From positions 6,014,001 to 6,078,000 of the forward strand of contig OZ116705.1 in NCBI GenBank assembly GCA_964199315.1: a stretch of DNA of 64,000 nucleotides. Direction: 5' to 3'. Each line of letters begins with the position of its first letter. Position 1 is the stretch's first letter. The notes below the pieces were generated by a model. The model saw only the letters and a program-made list of their open reading frames with translations. It was not told the DNA's origin and made no database searches. The translations under genes were made by a program, and so were the position numbers. Shown piece by piece: positions 50,978 to 64,000 of this stretch. This DNA comes from Orbicella franksi. Lineage: Eukaryota.

Positions 50978-53875
50978 AATTTTTGAGAGTAATTATAAAC
51001 TGCTGGTGAAGTTAATGTATGAGGTACCAAGCCCTATTTTTATTTATTTATTTATTCTTTCTCTCAGCTCCATTATTTACAATCTAGTAATTATCTTCTT
51101 AACATTCCTCTACTTACAATAAACTATACAGTGAACAATCTATAATTACTACCTTTAGACCACGCCCACCGCAGTAGCATTTTTAGTGATCCTGTATTAA
51201 GCGGCCACCTTTAAGTCCCGAGGGTGGCCGCTTATATACAGGTTCGACTACTGTATATGACCGCTTGAGGAAAACATTGTCGGCATTTTTGCTGGTCTGA
51301 AAAAGAAACATAAAGCTTAAGGGTATGTGTGTGTATATGGGGGGGGGGGGAGGGGGGTGGGGTGGATTATTATTGCCCATCCTTACTGGGCACAAGTTTA
51401 ACTCAGGCCGCAACGTTAGGCAACGTGATACATCAAGCGTGCACACTGAGGAAGAAATACATGCAAGTATGAACCACTGTAGGACTTGGAACTCATTTCG
51501 ATCCGCACATCAGGGAAGAAAAACTGTTCGGTGTAACATCTGAACCATTTGGAAAAAATGTAACGAAGAAATTTAACCACACGCTGTTTTTCATGAAATA
51601 CTACATCTACACTAACAAATTGCATACTTGTTCAATCTTACTTGCTGATTTTGCAAACAAAATCTCACTTTAATACAGAATCGAACATATTGAGGCATAA
51701 ATAATATGAGAAACAAAAGATGTCTCCTCCACTTTCTTGTTAGTTTCAAAATTTTCGTTATAATTAAAGTAATTCCTAATCATTAAATGTAAAGTAACTT
51801 AAGGTTATCCAAAGCAATGTTTTCTTCTTGTATTCAGTGATTATGTAAGTATGAGAAATTAATGTAAATATAATGTTAAACGAGTGCTCTTTGTATTGTC
51901 GACAGGAACAGCGGTCATTAATGGTAGAATTTAATGTCAATTTTAATGGCGTATCATACAAAAACACTTCATGTAAGGAAACAATAGGACAATCAACACT
52001 ATGAAGCCGTCAATACTTTAAACAAGGTTCAGTGTCAAACTTGTAACTTAACAGTATAACATACGTAACCTGGTGTAAAAGTGCTGTGTAAATTGTAAAT
52101 TTACTCTAAATTGTCCTCTACGCTTCTTCGGTATACAGCACTGTATTTCTAGGAATTACAGTTCACAACAAAATATCTCATTCAGTCAATTCGTAGTTGT
52201 TAGGTTCAGGGTGGCCGCTTAATACAGGTGAAAATAACAAAGAAAGGCAAACGTAGTACTAATGCTACAGGGTGGCCGCGGCCGCTCAATAGAGGTGGCC
52301 GTCTAATACAGGTAACAAATACAGCGTTTGCATGAGCGAAAAATCGAGACTTTGAAAACTGGCCGCTTAATAGAGGGTGGCCGTGTACCACAGGGCCGTT
52401 ATTAATATATAGGTTCGACTGTATTGTTTTATATTGGGCTTTTTTTCGCGATCCTCTAAAAGAAGCTTCCACTCCCGCGCATCACATTTAGCAAAAATTT
52501 ACTCCAAGATGACTTTTAGAGAAGAATCAGGCGGTGTAGGACACTGTTCACGTGACACTATTTGACCAAGAAGACTAGGGTAGGAAAAAGAAAAAGATAA
52601 TAACAACTCTAGTTTCCCTACCCTAGCTGGCATTTTAGGTCCAATACGACAAAGCCTGTATAATCCAAGTGAAACAAGGCTCGGACTCAGTGTTTCTCTT
52701 ACCGTCAGTCTCTGAATCTTTAAGGCGTGGCCATATCTCCCGTCATTATCTGGTCGCGGTGGAAATTAAATCCGTGAGCCCAATTACATTGCACATTTTA
52801 ATTCCTAGCGCACGTATTTCTCGTGGGTGTCTTGATGGTCACACCCTATAGTGGGAACGTACTTTAAACTACAAAGGTTTAGCGTCAGATAAGTTCCATC
52901 TTTGTATCTTGAAGTTTGATCCCGACGAAGTCTCACTACTAGGAAGGAAAGTTATTTATAGTAACCTACTGAACGCTTTGTCGCGTTTTTCGCCGTTACT
53001 TCCATGAAAAGATTCCTTTAGAAGTCATTTCAAAGAAAAGCTTCCCAATCTGTATCACGTGATCATTTTTTTAATACTCATTCGAAATGAAATACGTTTG
53101 AAAAAATTATGATAATCTATTTGAAGGGAGGAACATCTGAGATCAATAGCAGAGGGTCAGTGGTCGTCGTAACAACTTCCAATTTCATTCTGGGAGTAAC
53201 CTTCCCGCGGGGGGGGGGGGGGGGGGTTCCATGCAGATACGAGACTGGATGTCAGTAATACATGTATACAATGAAGCCTTTAAATTTGTCCATCAAAAAC
53301 CTAAGAAAACTTTGAGCCTTCCCTGCCATTAACACCATTGTTAATAACTTTCACTTCCCCAATGTTCAGAACGAAAACAAGCAAACAAAAGCTAACACCG
53401 GCCTCCGAAGGGACCAAAAAACCGCAGAAGAAAGTCCTTCTACCACTTTCCATTGTATATCTTGTTCTAATCAGAAGGCTATGTCAAAAGCTTTGTAATA
53501 TTTACTCGTTCTAGCTATTTTCATTTTAAAACTAAATGAAGAAGGTTTCGTGACACATGTGGAATGTAGCGTGACAGGTGATAAAAGAAACATCAAAGAT
53601 TTTTATTTACCTATTTACCTATTTCACATCGCCAACATTGAAACATCTTATCTAGCCTTCATTTTCAGTTTATAGAACATATTTCTCAGTTTATAATACA
53701 CATAGTGATGGCCGTTTTCACTACAAGTTAATGTAAATAACACCCGCACTGCATCATGCTCACGACTGAATGGCGTGAGCATTTCCTGCCTAAGCGAGGT
53801 CAGCCAAAATTAGAAGCAGCCCTCTCTTAAATGTTGTAGCAAGATATATCTAGGTCTATAAGACAAGGTGTAAGT

Positions 53876-54061
53876 CTATAACCTCATCTCAACTTTATCC
53901 CTTGTAAGATTAGTTTCTTCGGCTACACGCGTTACCATCTCCTGGTACTGGCGACCAATACCGACCATTCCATTATCGAAATGTCGCTTGGGAATATGCT
54001 TTTGGAAGTCGGTTAACAAACTATATGTTTGAACACGTGGCTTAGTATTTTTGCTTGCCAT
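53876..54061 (-). pseudogene. Decayed exon with a homeodomain/HTH-like peptide, possibly transposon-associated
   Basis: MASKNTKPRVQTYSLLTDFQKHIPKRHFDNGM...QEMVTRVAEETNLTRDKVE resembles helices 1-3 of atypical homeodomains; no intact continuation. Confidence 0.3.
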
Positions 54062-57000
54062 AATAGCACGATAATGAAATATCGAAAAAGGGAACAGAAA
54101 TAATACGGCAGAAGTCAAATGAAGTTAGACCTTCTTGGATGTTGATTTCACAATTTTCCACAAATCGGGCGATTACGCAATGACATTTGACCACATTTCC
54201 AATTCGTATTAAACGGTCAATAAAAAATAAAAATGGCACGTTCACAAGCAAGGAGTAAAAAGTCGAAAGTCTATTATTTTCTTGTCGATCGTTGTTTGTC
54301 TAAATAACATACATTCGATACCACTTAAAAGTGATAAGAGATACACAATAACACACTACTTCAGTGATCCAAGAACGAAAAGCGAATACTCGCGCGCTTC
54401 GGGACTTGCTTATTGAAATTCTTTGTCAATCTAAAAGGAGAGAAGGCATCAGTAATTTCAAGCGCTCTAAGATCAGTTGAGAACATAACCAAGAAAAAAA
54501 TCAAAGTGGCGGGTAAGTTGAGTATTAGAAAGGGGATCATGACTTCTGTAATCACCATCTTTTTTATCTGCCATGTTGGATTTAGATTGGGAAATTCTAA
54601 TCTAAACGATGATTGGTCAGATCCCTAGTAACAGCAGCCATTGTCATGTTAGCTGGCACAGATGATCATCTAACATGGCTGCCACCCTTAGTACTAAATT
54701 TAGAGAAGGTGGGTTTAACCCATTTAGAACAGGAGATACGGGTGATTCAGCAGGCGGCAAAAACTTTACTGTCCTGATGTCAATGTAAGTTAATACGAAA
54801 GGCATTGAAATCAGGCAATTTTTCTTACTGGAGATGGCATTAAATATTCACGGAAAGGGATTTACAATTCCAAAAACCATATCGAATTGTAAAAAGTGAA
54901 AAATACCTCTAATTTGGGGTCCAAAATGGGTGGCCGTCGTCGGGGATGGTAACTCGCTCGTAGTTCGTGGAGTGTCGCCACGTAGGATAATAGTTGTCTT
55001 ATTTTGAACAAAATATGCTGTTCCTCGTCAAATTAAACCCAGAATTCTCAAGTTTACTATTAGAAGAGACCAAAGCAACTTAAGCATTGTCTTTATTTTT
55101 ATTAGCTGCGAAAGAAAAACGCTATTGTCGTGTGGTTTCGGTTGGACAGCTCAGTTTTGGCAGCCGCTCGTACAGCGGGAGCTGCCGCCGTATGCATAAT
55201 GCTCACGGCTCCCAAGGAGCTTGGGATACCTTTACTGAAACGGCTGATATTTGTTGATTGTCTGCCAGCTTTTCAGCCAGAAGGTAACAAGGTAGCCGAG
55301 TTGACTTTATTAAAGATCCAGAAAACGTCCTAAATTTTAATTAGTTTTAAAACCAAACCGTTATATTTTAGGGTCGTTTTTCACAATTCAGGCTAATTAG
55401 GTTGTTAATAGGTTCCTAATTTTCAGTGGTTGTCCTAGTGGAAGCATTCGCAGAAATATTGTACTTTTTATGCATAATAATTAATTTTAGCACTTGTATT
55501 TTCAACAACAAAACTGCTTGCGTTGTTTGCAAAGAAACAATATATACACAATAACTTTTTGTCAGAAGTTTCTCACACAATTAAAATCCAGAATTTAGAC
55601 TATCAAAGTTGGAGTGATTTTTCTGTATAAGAACCCATATATTTTTCTTTGCCAGGTTGAACAAGTTCTTACATTTTTGGGTATTTCAATGCCAAATTTC
55701 AGCCTCAAGGTTCTTATATGCAGGTTTTTACTGTATCACTGGATCTGAGATTACACCATTGTACCTCTCAAAATTGTGGAATACTGAATACTTTCTGACA
55801 AATGCATTCTTATGACTGGAAAAAAGCTTAGAGGCCTCAATGTCACTCGACTTTTTTCACTTCGTCTCTCATTTATTCCCGCTCTCCCTCGAGGTTGTTC
55901 AACCGGTTAAAACAGGTTTTCGATGGACGTCACTCACGCGTCAGGTGTTACACCAGCATCCATTTCAACTCATTTCCGATCGACTCTCTGATAAATGTAA
56001 CAAAAAGAAACAACCAATTTCATTGCCTTTAATTAACATTATACACCTAAAATCCACACGTATTAGATAAAAAATTGCATATAGTGTTTGTCTTTCTGGC
56101 ATTGTTATAGAGGTGGAATTTTTCCCCCATCATTCTATCGTAAGGCAGTCATTAAGAGTTAAGCCCGGTGTTTCCAGTTAAAGTAATTAATTATAACTTA
56201 TAATTGTAGCCAAAGAGAAGCGACATATTTTTCCTATAAAAATGCTAGAAATTTATAAATATCCTTACAGAGTTTACTTGTTAATCAAATTTTAAATCTA
56301 AAGTTTCTAGAAGCAGCCTTACAGTTATTCCTTACTTTCCTAAGCGAAAAGTGACAAAGCCTTTCATTATGACAAGATAATGTTGAACTTTGTTCAAACA
56401 CTTGACATATGCTTGAACGCAACTTAACTATAACTACCCTGAGTTTGAAACGTGAGTGTATTGGTACTAGTTTACTGACTATGTAAAATTACCTCGTGAC
56501 ATTTAAACCATTTTCGCCCTAGTTGTTGTAAAAAGTACCTGATAAGTTATTCTTATTAGTGGGATAAGCCACCCATGGAATTAAAGGAGCTTAGTCACGA
56601 TATTTTGAGTTGTTCTGGCCACGTACAAAATCACCTTTCAATTGAAGGAAATAACAGTTTACTAAGATAGAAATACACCAAGGAAAAAATAATAAACCAT
56701 AAAAGAACAAGGATGTTTAAGGATGGAGAAGATTAACACGGATTACAAATGAAGAGCTTGAAAAATATGGCCTATACGTTTCAAATGCGCAAACTGTGAC
56801 TTAGCTCCTTTAAAGATGCCAAACCAATGGAATAAGGACATTATGTACATTTGATTTCTCTTTCTCCTCATTTGCGTTCTGCTTTGTCTGCTGGTTTGTC
56901 CATGGGGTGATAACCAATCTGGGCCCATCGTAAAATTATGCTGGTTGCTTTTTAATTTTGAAAACAAAAAATTCAAAATATTTTTCGCGTAAAGAAACTT

Positions 57001-57603
57001 GCCAACCCGAATCCTGAGTTGGTACACAAAATCACATCAAGCGATATTATGTGGCCGTGTCTCGTAAGGACTGGTAACTAGTACCAAATTTCACAAATGT
57101 GATGGGCCAAAATCGATATTGCCCGCGGTCTAGGATACGAAATTGAGAAATTTTTGTAAGTAGTCCAGAAATTAAAAATACTCACTACAAGACCAAGGTA
57201 ATATTAGAAGCTAGAAAAATTAAAAAATAAACCAGTCAGTGAGTTCGACCTTCTTCTGACCAAAAGTTTTCATCCCAGTTCGCAAGCAAAACGGCAGCGA
57301 CTATGAACCGGCTGCATAAAGCGACTTTCAGCGAATTGTAGTCTTGTTTGGCCATGTAATAAACATCTTATCAACCGAGCTTGACTGCGTTCGGTCTGTT
57401 CTCACGACCACGGTCAAGATTGTCGTATACAGACTTCCTGATCTAAGTACATTTTGAGTTTGAATTCCTTGTTACATCATTCTGCATGTAAAAATATCAC
57501 ATTTTAATCTACAATTTAATTTTGTGTCAGATATTATATTCTCTGGCGGAACAACGTGTACACATCATTTCCTACGAAGAGCATTGACAAAGAAATATTT
57601 CGT

Positions 57604-57887
57604 CTACCGTTGCATAGTTATAAGGTATTCCGGATAACACTGATTGTCGTAAAATACAACAAAAATAGACGGATTTACTCGATTATCAACCACTGATTCA
57701 TACAATATCTCTGGTCTTGAAAGGTTCTTTGGGGGAGGCACTTTCAATGTAGAGTTGCCTACGCAATACTGCCCGACCAGGACCCGGGCAAGGTACATGT
57801 AGCGACCCCCGGCATCTCCCATCCTTGCGTAACCAAGTGAGTAAGAGGCGTCTCTTGCAAAATAAGTACCTTGTCCAAATCTAGTTC
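57604..57887 (-). CDS. PARP14: Copy C last exon, ART C-terminal half
   Basis: GTRFGQGTYFARDASYS...YPEYLITMQR*. Confidence 0.9.
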
Positions 57888-60800
57888 CTAAAAAGAAACA
57901 CAAAGTGTTAGTGAGGCGAAAGATTCCAACAAATAACAGCATGGCAGTCGAACCTCTCTAATACGGACACCGAAAGGATAGAGCGAAGTGTCTGTGTTAG
58001 AGAGGTGCCCATATTGAAAAGGTCACTATGATGAAGTCACTTTTAAGACTCTTCTGACAGTTTAGAGCGTTTAGGAACTACAATCAGGTCCAAAGTGAGT
58101 GCCCTGTGAATTTCTGAATCTGAATGATAAAGTGTCAATGTTTGTGTAACAGCCGACAGGAAATGGTACATACCTCAAATTATCGACACTTTGTCTCCGG
58201 AGTGTCCGTAATAAAGAGGTTAACAGTTGTATGAATTTGCTCCCTATGGCCGAGATGTAGTGTCCGTTGTCCGTTTTAGAGAGGGTCTTTGTTATAGAGG
58301 TTTTTTTTTTTACAGGAAATGCCGGTATGTGAATTTTGTCGATACATAGGAAACTATCCGTATTAGAGCGGTGTCTGTATTAGAGAGGTGTCTGTATGGA
58401 AAGGTTCGACTGTGACAAATGAATAAAAACTAAAGCTTAATTTTATACAATCGGAAAAAGGTAACTACGATCAGAAAGAGTGGATATTTCTGTAATTTAC
58501 TCGCTTGAAATACGTGGCCCAAGGAAATAAAGAGGGAGAGAACAGGTCTTTCATATGTGACCTCTTCCAATTAAAATTATTTCAATCCATTGTCAGTTGT
58601 GTCTCAAATTGTATGGCTATCTTAATATCGACACCAGACTGAGAATTTAGACTGACGGCATGTTACTGTTTCTTTTAAGGGATGACCGCGCGGTCGTAGC
58701 AACGAACAAAAATAACCCGGTGCAAGCTCTAAATATCTTTCTAATAATGGTCCACGGGGATTCTTTCATTATTGTCTCTGTTTCACTCGGGATCATGGAT
58801 TGCGCAATTGTGAGAGTGCTCGCCTTCGACCATTGTGGTCCTTGTTCAAATTCTAGACCTGCTGAGGTTTTTTTCTCCAGCTGGTCTGGTTCTTCTCCCT
58901 TACTGCAAATTGTAATTAGACTTCGATGCACGACCCAGATAAATTGCAAATCTCGCTCTATCATAACTGTTACATTCGTTACACAACCACCTCACCTTCC
59001 AAAGCAATAGCGTAACCACTTACCATGGGCCCCACATAAGCTTCTGTTAAATCCTTGAGTGTAAATGTGGCTGACATTTTTAGCGTCGGTTCCATGAAAC
59101 AACTGCCGTTCACTACTCCCACCAATGTCTTTGTCCATCTTTTGTTTTCTTACCATGTAACACTGGCAAAGATGAGGATTCTGAATTCGTTCTATTTTCT
59201 GAATATGCACTCCACCAGCGGTAGCCTGGAACTTGCGCGTGACGTCGTAATACTCAGAGGAAGTTTTCAAGAGTGGAACCAGGTGCACTGTCATGTCAGC
59301 GCTTGGCATTTTCGTCCAGTGTTTGGGAAGAGGAATTCCTGAAGACAGAAATGGTTACCACCTTTACCTTTTTGCAGTGTATATCAAAATAGAAACAGAG
59401 AAAACCATCAGTTATTTTTTCAACTGATGAAAAATGAGGTTACTTCGTTTTTTTGAAGAAACCGTTCTAAAATTCTTAAATGGGCTTGGGAAAATTTAAA
59501 AATTGCGCGGTGCTGGTAGATATGCATATTTTCAGCTAAATCTCTAGCATGGACTGCCTTTGAATGGAAAATCTTGGACAGTACTTTGGTCCAACAACTT
59601 GGAAAATATTGGGCCAGCAGTAGAGCCATCTAATTGGTTGATTTTAGTCATTGGACCTCTGCATTAAACAATTAAAAGGGGTTATTAAAAGGGGTTATGG
59701 TAACAGCGTTTTTCGCAAAACTAACTGATGCAATACTGTGACTAACCTTCTTCAACTCCCTTCACCTTTCTCTTCAGTGTAATTTGTTCACCGGTTTGTT
59801 GTCCGCGGCCAGTTTTTGACTTCAGATCAAGGATAAACTTCTCTCCACGTAAAGATACTCTAACTGTGGGCGCAGCTTTGCTGCTCGCAATCTCAATCTT
59901 CGCTTTTGCTCTGGGATCAAAAACCTTTTTACTACCGCGTATTTTGTAACTCCATTCTATGTTACTTGACACCAGTTGCGCCTGTTCTTCCTCCTGGTTC
60001 TTCTTTGTTCTCTTGCTAATCTCTTTCCAGATCTCCCCGACCATGCCGGACACATCAGTCGGTTGACCTCGTGAGACAATGCGATTAACTTCAGCCTCAA
60101 CTTCAAGTTTGACGTCACGGTCTTCGGCTTTTCTTCTCAGTTTGACAATCTGTTTATGAGAAAGTTGACTAACAACCTCATTTTCGACTTTTTCCGTGGT
60201 ACAAGCTTCAGAAAAACTTCTCTTCAAAGATTCCACGGCCTTGTCCACGCCTTCACTGTTCTTGCCGAGGACAAAAATTCGCACGGAGTGTTCCTGACTC
60301 GGGCGGTGCTTTCGTCTCCTTTCACGCTTTCTTAGCATTCCAGTATCTGTATCATTTGATATTGAGTCTAAATTTGTTGAGACTGATCGGTCCCTTCTAA
60401 GTCCTCGAAGTTTGGAACAAATACTTTTGTACAGCCCACTCGCAGTGTAGGCAGGAGTGCGGGTTTTGTGCTTGACTTTCAATTTGTCCATCTCTTGTTT
60501 GAAGGCAGCATTTAATGCCTGATCTTGCTCGAACACAACAAATCGGATATCCTCCACTTTAGACCAAGGGTTAGCTTGGCAAAAGCTAATTGTTTCTTCT
60601 AACATGATTCTCGAGGCTGCATCCCGTGGGAAGCTGAGGTTTTCAGTTCCTATGACAGGAAACGCAATGGACTTCACTCCAAGCTCTTCTCCCTTTTGCA
60701 GACACTTTTGGATGATGGCCCGTAGAGACTGGAGCAAAAGGGAAATTTTGTAAGAGTGGACTTCAAAGGTGGACCATATAATGAGTACTTTGCGAGAAGT

Positions 60801-63800
60801 CCATTTATATCTATATATCTTTCCTCTCACTGATTCTACAGAGTTTTACGAGAAGTGAGGCACAGTTGACAGAGAAGCCTAGCTAGTTATCATCTTGAAG
60901 TTGATAAAGTTGAATTAGCCCCCCAGTCAGTTAGTTGCGTTAGCCGTTCGTCGGAGCAAAGTGGGTGATTGTGGTTTGCATTTGGAGTGTTGATTTTTTG
61001 CGATGGAAGAAAAAGCGGAGTTCCCTGAAAAAACTATTGGAGGGGGCAAGGACGAGAACCTTCAAGAAAAACTCAACCCACATGGGATTCCTATAAGGGC
61101 CACATTGGTGGCAGGCTAGCGTTCTCTCAACTGTGCCACCCCTACTCATCCACCGTTGTGAAGCATCAGTTTAAAGTAAGAATACCGGTAAAAATACGCT
61201 TACCGCCTCCCCTTTGCCACCATTCCATGGGCCACAGGAAGTGTTGATCACGTGATTAGTCAATGGAAAACCAGGAGAGACAGCACTGTCTCCAGCGTTT
61301 GGAGGTGTCATTAGAGAAACACCAGCCTTTGTAATCGCTTGAGAGGTTGCTCCGACCGAACAGACCAATGCATCAGCCCGTAGTTTAAAACAAAACTTCA
61401 TGTTAAAATTGCAAAGTACCAAATAAAGGATAGCAAAACAACGACAAATAAGATAGAAAGCACCAAAGAGATAAAACTAAACCGGCCAAAAAGGTACAAG
61501 GATGGGTAAGGATTAAGGATTAACACGGATTACAAACGACGAACTTGAAAAATGTAGGCTTAACTTTTCAAGATGCATAAACCGTGACGTAGCTCCTTTA
61601 ATTTGAGGTTTATGTTGCTTAATTAGAGTTTGAGCAGCCGGGTTCTGGAGGGTATTTGAGAAACACGTTCATAAAGAAATAGTCCTGATTAAGAAGAAAA
61701 CTAGCTAAGAACTAGATTGTGCTGTAACTAAAGGAGATTACTTAAGTCGGGATTTAAAATGGGATTGAAAGGAACTAATTCTAAAGGGAGTTAAACTGTG
61801 TGATAGTAGAGCAGAATCATAACAGATAGTTTGGACATGATGGGTTATCTAACTGCATTTGCACCTGCTTTCAGTGTTACGCGCATAGGATGTCGCCTAT
61901 GCACGTAACGCTGGATGCGGGTGTAAATGTCTTTAATCTGATTGATAGTTCAGTTGAAATGACCGATTTATAATTGACAACTAATCAAAAGTAACACTGA
62001 ATACACAGGTTTGCTCAACACTCACCTTCTCCATCTCAATCATTCCAGTTCTCCACGATATTTTGTGGTGGCCTTTAGTCATAACCAAGGTGAACGGATC
62101 AGTCCCGTTATCAGCATGCTCATCTTCGTCGTCATCCCCATCACGACCACCACTACCGCCACCATCATCATCTTGTTCATTGTCATCATCAACATCATTA
62201 TCGTCATTATCATCATCATCATCATCATCACGATCAGCAGCAGCACAATCAGCAGCAGCAGCAGCACCACCACGATCATCATCATCATCAGCAGCACTAC
62301 TATCAGCAGCAGCACCACCACCAGCAGCCGCAGCTCCTGCATCACCATCACCAAAACCACCGCCATCTCCGTCGCCATCCTTATCATCATCATTTTCATC
62401 TAGGCTTTGGCCAAAATTCATCTGCACTTGTATCGCACAGTTTTGATCCTTTTCCACTAATTTCACAAGACGATCTCCTTTTCCACAGTCAAAGTACCTC
62501 TGGAGGCCTGGCTGTTTCACGTCAAAATGTTTTGACACGGTATCTTCTTCGAGAGCTTCAAGCTGTCTCTTCACATCAGTCAAGCTTTTTCTGTTTCCAG
62601 AAATGTCAAAATCATCATCTCCTTTTCCTTTTTTAATTTTCACTTCAAAATCTTTCAGTTGGTTTTCAATGGAGCGTAAATCTTCCTGACGAAACTCATC
62701 AAGATACTTTCTGACAAACGGCGATGAACATACAAACTGTTCTTCCCTGATGCAGTTGTTTTCCAAGAAGGTGTTAAGCTTCTTCATCACCTCTTTGACG
62801 TTATCCTGGAACCCAGCGACGAAAATGTCATTCCAGTTGTTCCGATGGATACGGACAGCTGTTTCAGTGTTGACTTCGTCACATAACCCACGCCATTCTG
62901 GAGTTTTCAACAAACATTCGCTCTTATCATTCACTTGGACTTTTTCGTTCAACGCCAGCCTGTTAACCAGCCTCTCGGCCTTGTCACAGTGTGCAGCTGA
63001 CGTGCTCACAATTCTGGCACCGGAGTCCTTGTCAATGACGAACACTGCCTCCACATTGTTGTTTTCCAACTCACCTTTCACTTTCTTTAATCCCTCGTCC
63101 GAGCCCAAAACTTCCAAGATGACGTCGGGTAGAGCCAAGTTCTTTTCAACCATGTACGACATTTGTTTGAGGAACTTCGTCGTTGCTTCAGTAAACTGTG
63201 ACTCAGGACCTTCGAAATAGATTTCTTCTCCTTTAGTGTCTAGCTTTATCTCCAGCTCCTTGTTGTTCTCTTGAAGTTTCCCCACAAACTTGATCTTCTC
63301 CAACAGAATTAAGTGTTCTTTTGGAACATTTGGAACTTTTTTCTTCAGGTAGGTTTTTCTGGTCTCCTCCCGGTATATGTCTTCCAATTTAGATCTCAAC
63401 TTCTCCTCATAATCCTTTACAGCTGTGCTCAGGGAAACAATTCTTGCAGCAAATGAATCATCGATAAGTTTGACCAGCGGAGGATCTACTCCCAGGCAGG
63501 CGCGAATACTGGGTAACTGTGCCACCACGGCTCTCCAGGAATCCTTGTCGACTTGAACGTCGCGTTTTGCAAATTTAACGAGGTAATTTTGTACTTCATC
63601 AATGCACTCGGACTGCCACGAATCACTATTGTCTCCTCCCTGGTACACTATTACAGCTACTTTGGTGCTCGGTGTCCAGGTAATTTCACACTTCTTAGCG
63701 GCCAGGGAATTGCTCAGTTGATCACGAAATGCTGAAGTCATAACGAATTCCATTACATCCGGGTCTACAGCTATGTGTAGTTTTTGTCCTTTCATTTCGG

Positions 63801-63977
63801 ACCGCTGACTCACTTGAGTTTTATCGGCGCCACCGGTGGTAGTTCCCAGTCCATCTGAATCATCTGGCTCGTCGCCTTCCTCGCTTTCTAGAAACTCATG
63901 GTAAATTCTGACTGACAGTCGTGCTTGGTTTAAGACATGTGGATTTTCTTTCTGCCTAGCTAACACTCCTTTTATAT
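57604..63977 (-). CDS. PARP14: PARP14-like gene copy C, 5'-partial at window end (exons 62026-63977, 61204-61377, 59747-60728, 59024-59338, 57604-57887)
   Basis: Close paralog of copy B with open frames; acceptor of the 174-nt exon is GG instead of AG. Confidence 0.88.
59024..59338 (-). CDS. PARP14: Copy C ART N-terminal exon
   Basis: RQLFHGT...GFNRSLCGAH; 315 nt. Confidence 0.9.
59747..60728 (-). CDS. PARP14: Copy C exon: end of macro 1, KH-like, WWE
   Basis: 982 nt, same length and deletion as copy B. Confidence 0.9.
61204..61377 (-). CDS. PARP14: Copy C macro 1 core exon with disrupted acceptor
   Basis: Same peptide as copy B, but preceded by CTACGG rather than CGGCAG. Confidence 0.7.
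62026..63977 (-). CDS. PARP14: Copy C large exon
   Basis: Open 661-aa ORF; 1952 nt, phase 1-0. Confidence 0.9.
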
Positions 63978-64000
63978 CTGTGAACGAAGAAAATAAAACA

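Overview
Animal genomic DNA, most likely from a stony coral (inferred from the repeat families and gene content). All genes are on the minus strand. The window holds a tandem array of three spliced PARP14-like mono-ADP-ribosyltransferase paralogs (RRM/NID, KH-like, macro, WWE, ART with H-Y-I triad): copy A 1161-14093, copy B 29313-39669 or beyond, and copy C 57604 to past the window end. The copies differ. A has three macrodomains but lacks the N-terminal exon and has a 1-nt frameshift. B and C have lost macro 2 and 3 by an in-frame 1053-nt deletion. B has a CUE-like / 11-aa Pro-repeat / RGG N-terminus. C has a mutated splice acceptor on its remaining macro exon. A GT-B (GT4) glycosyltransferase - TRADD-N-like - acidic gene (23369 to 16345) occupies the position of copy A's missing 5' end. 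All its exons end in phase 1, matching the PARP14-A acceptors, so a glycosyltransferase-PARP14 chimera is possible. The rest of the window is dense in MITEs, SINEs and a Penelope remnant with a degenerate hammerhead ribozyme. Exon boundaries were read by eye from splice signals and frame continuity. Domain names come from motif recognition, not database searches.
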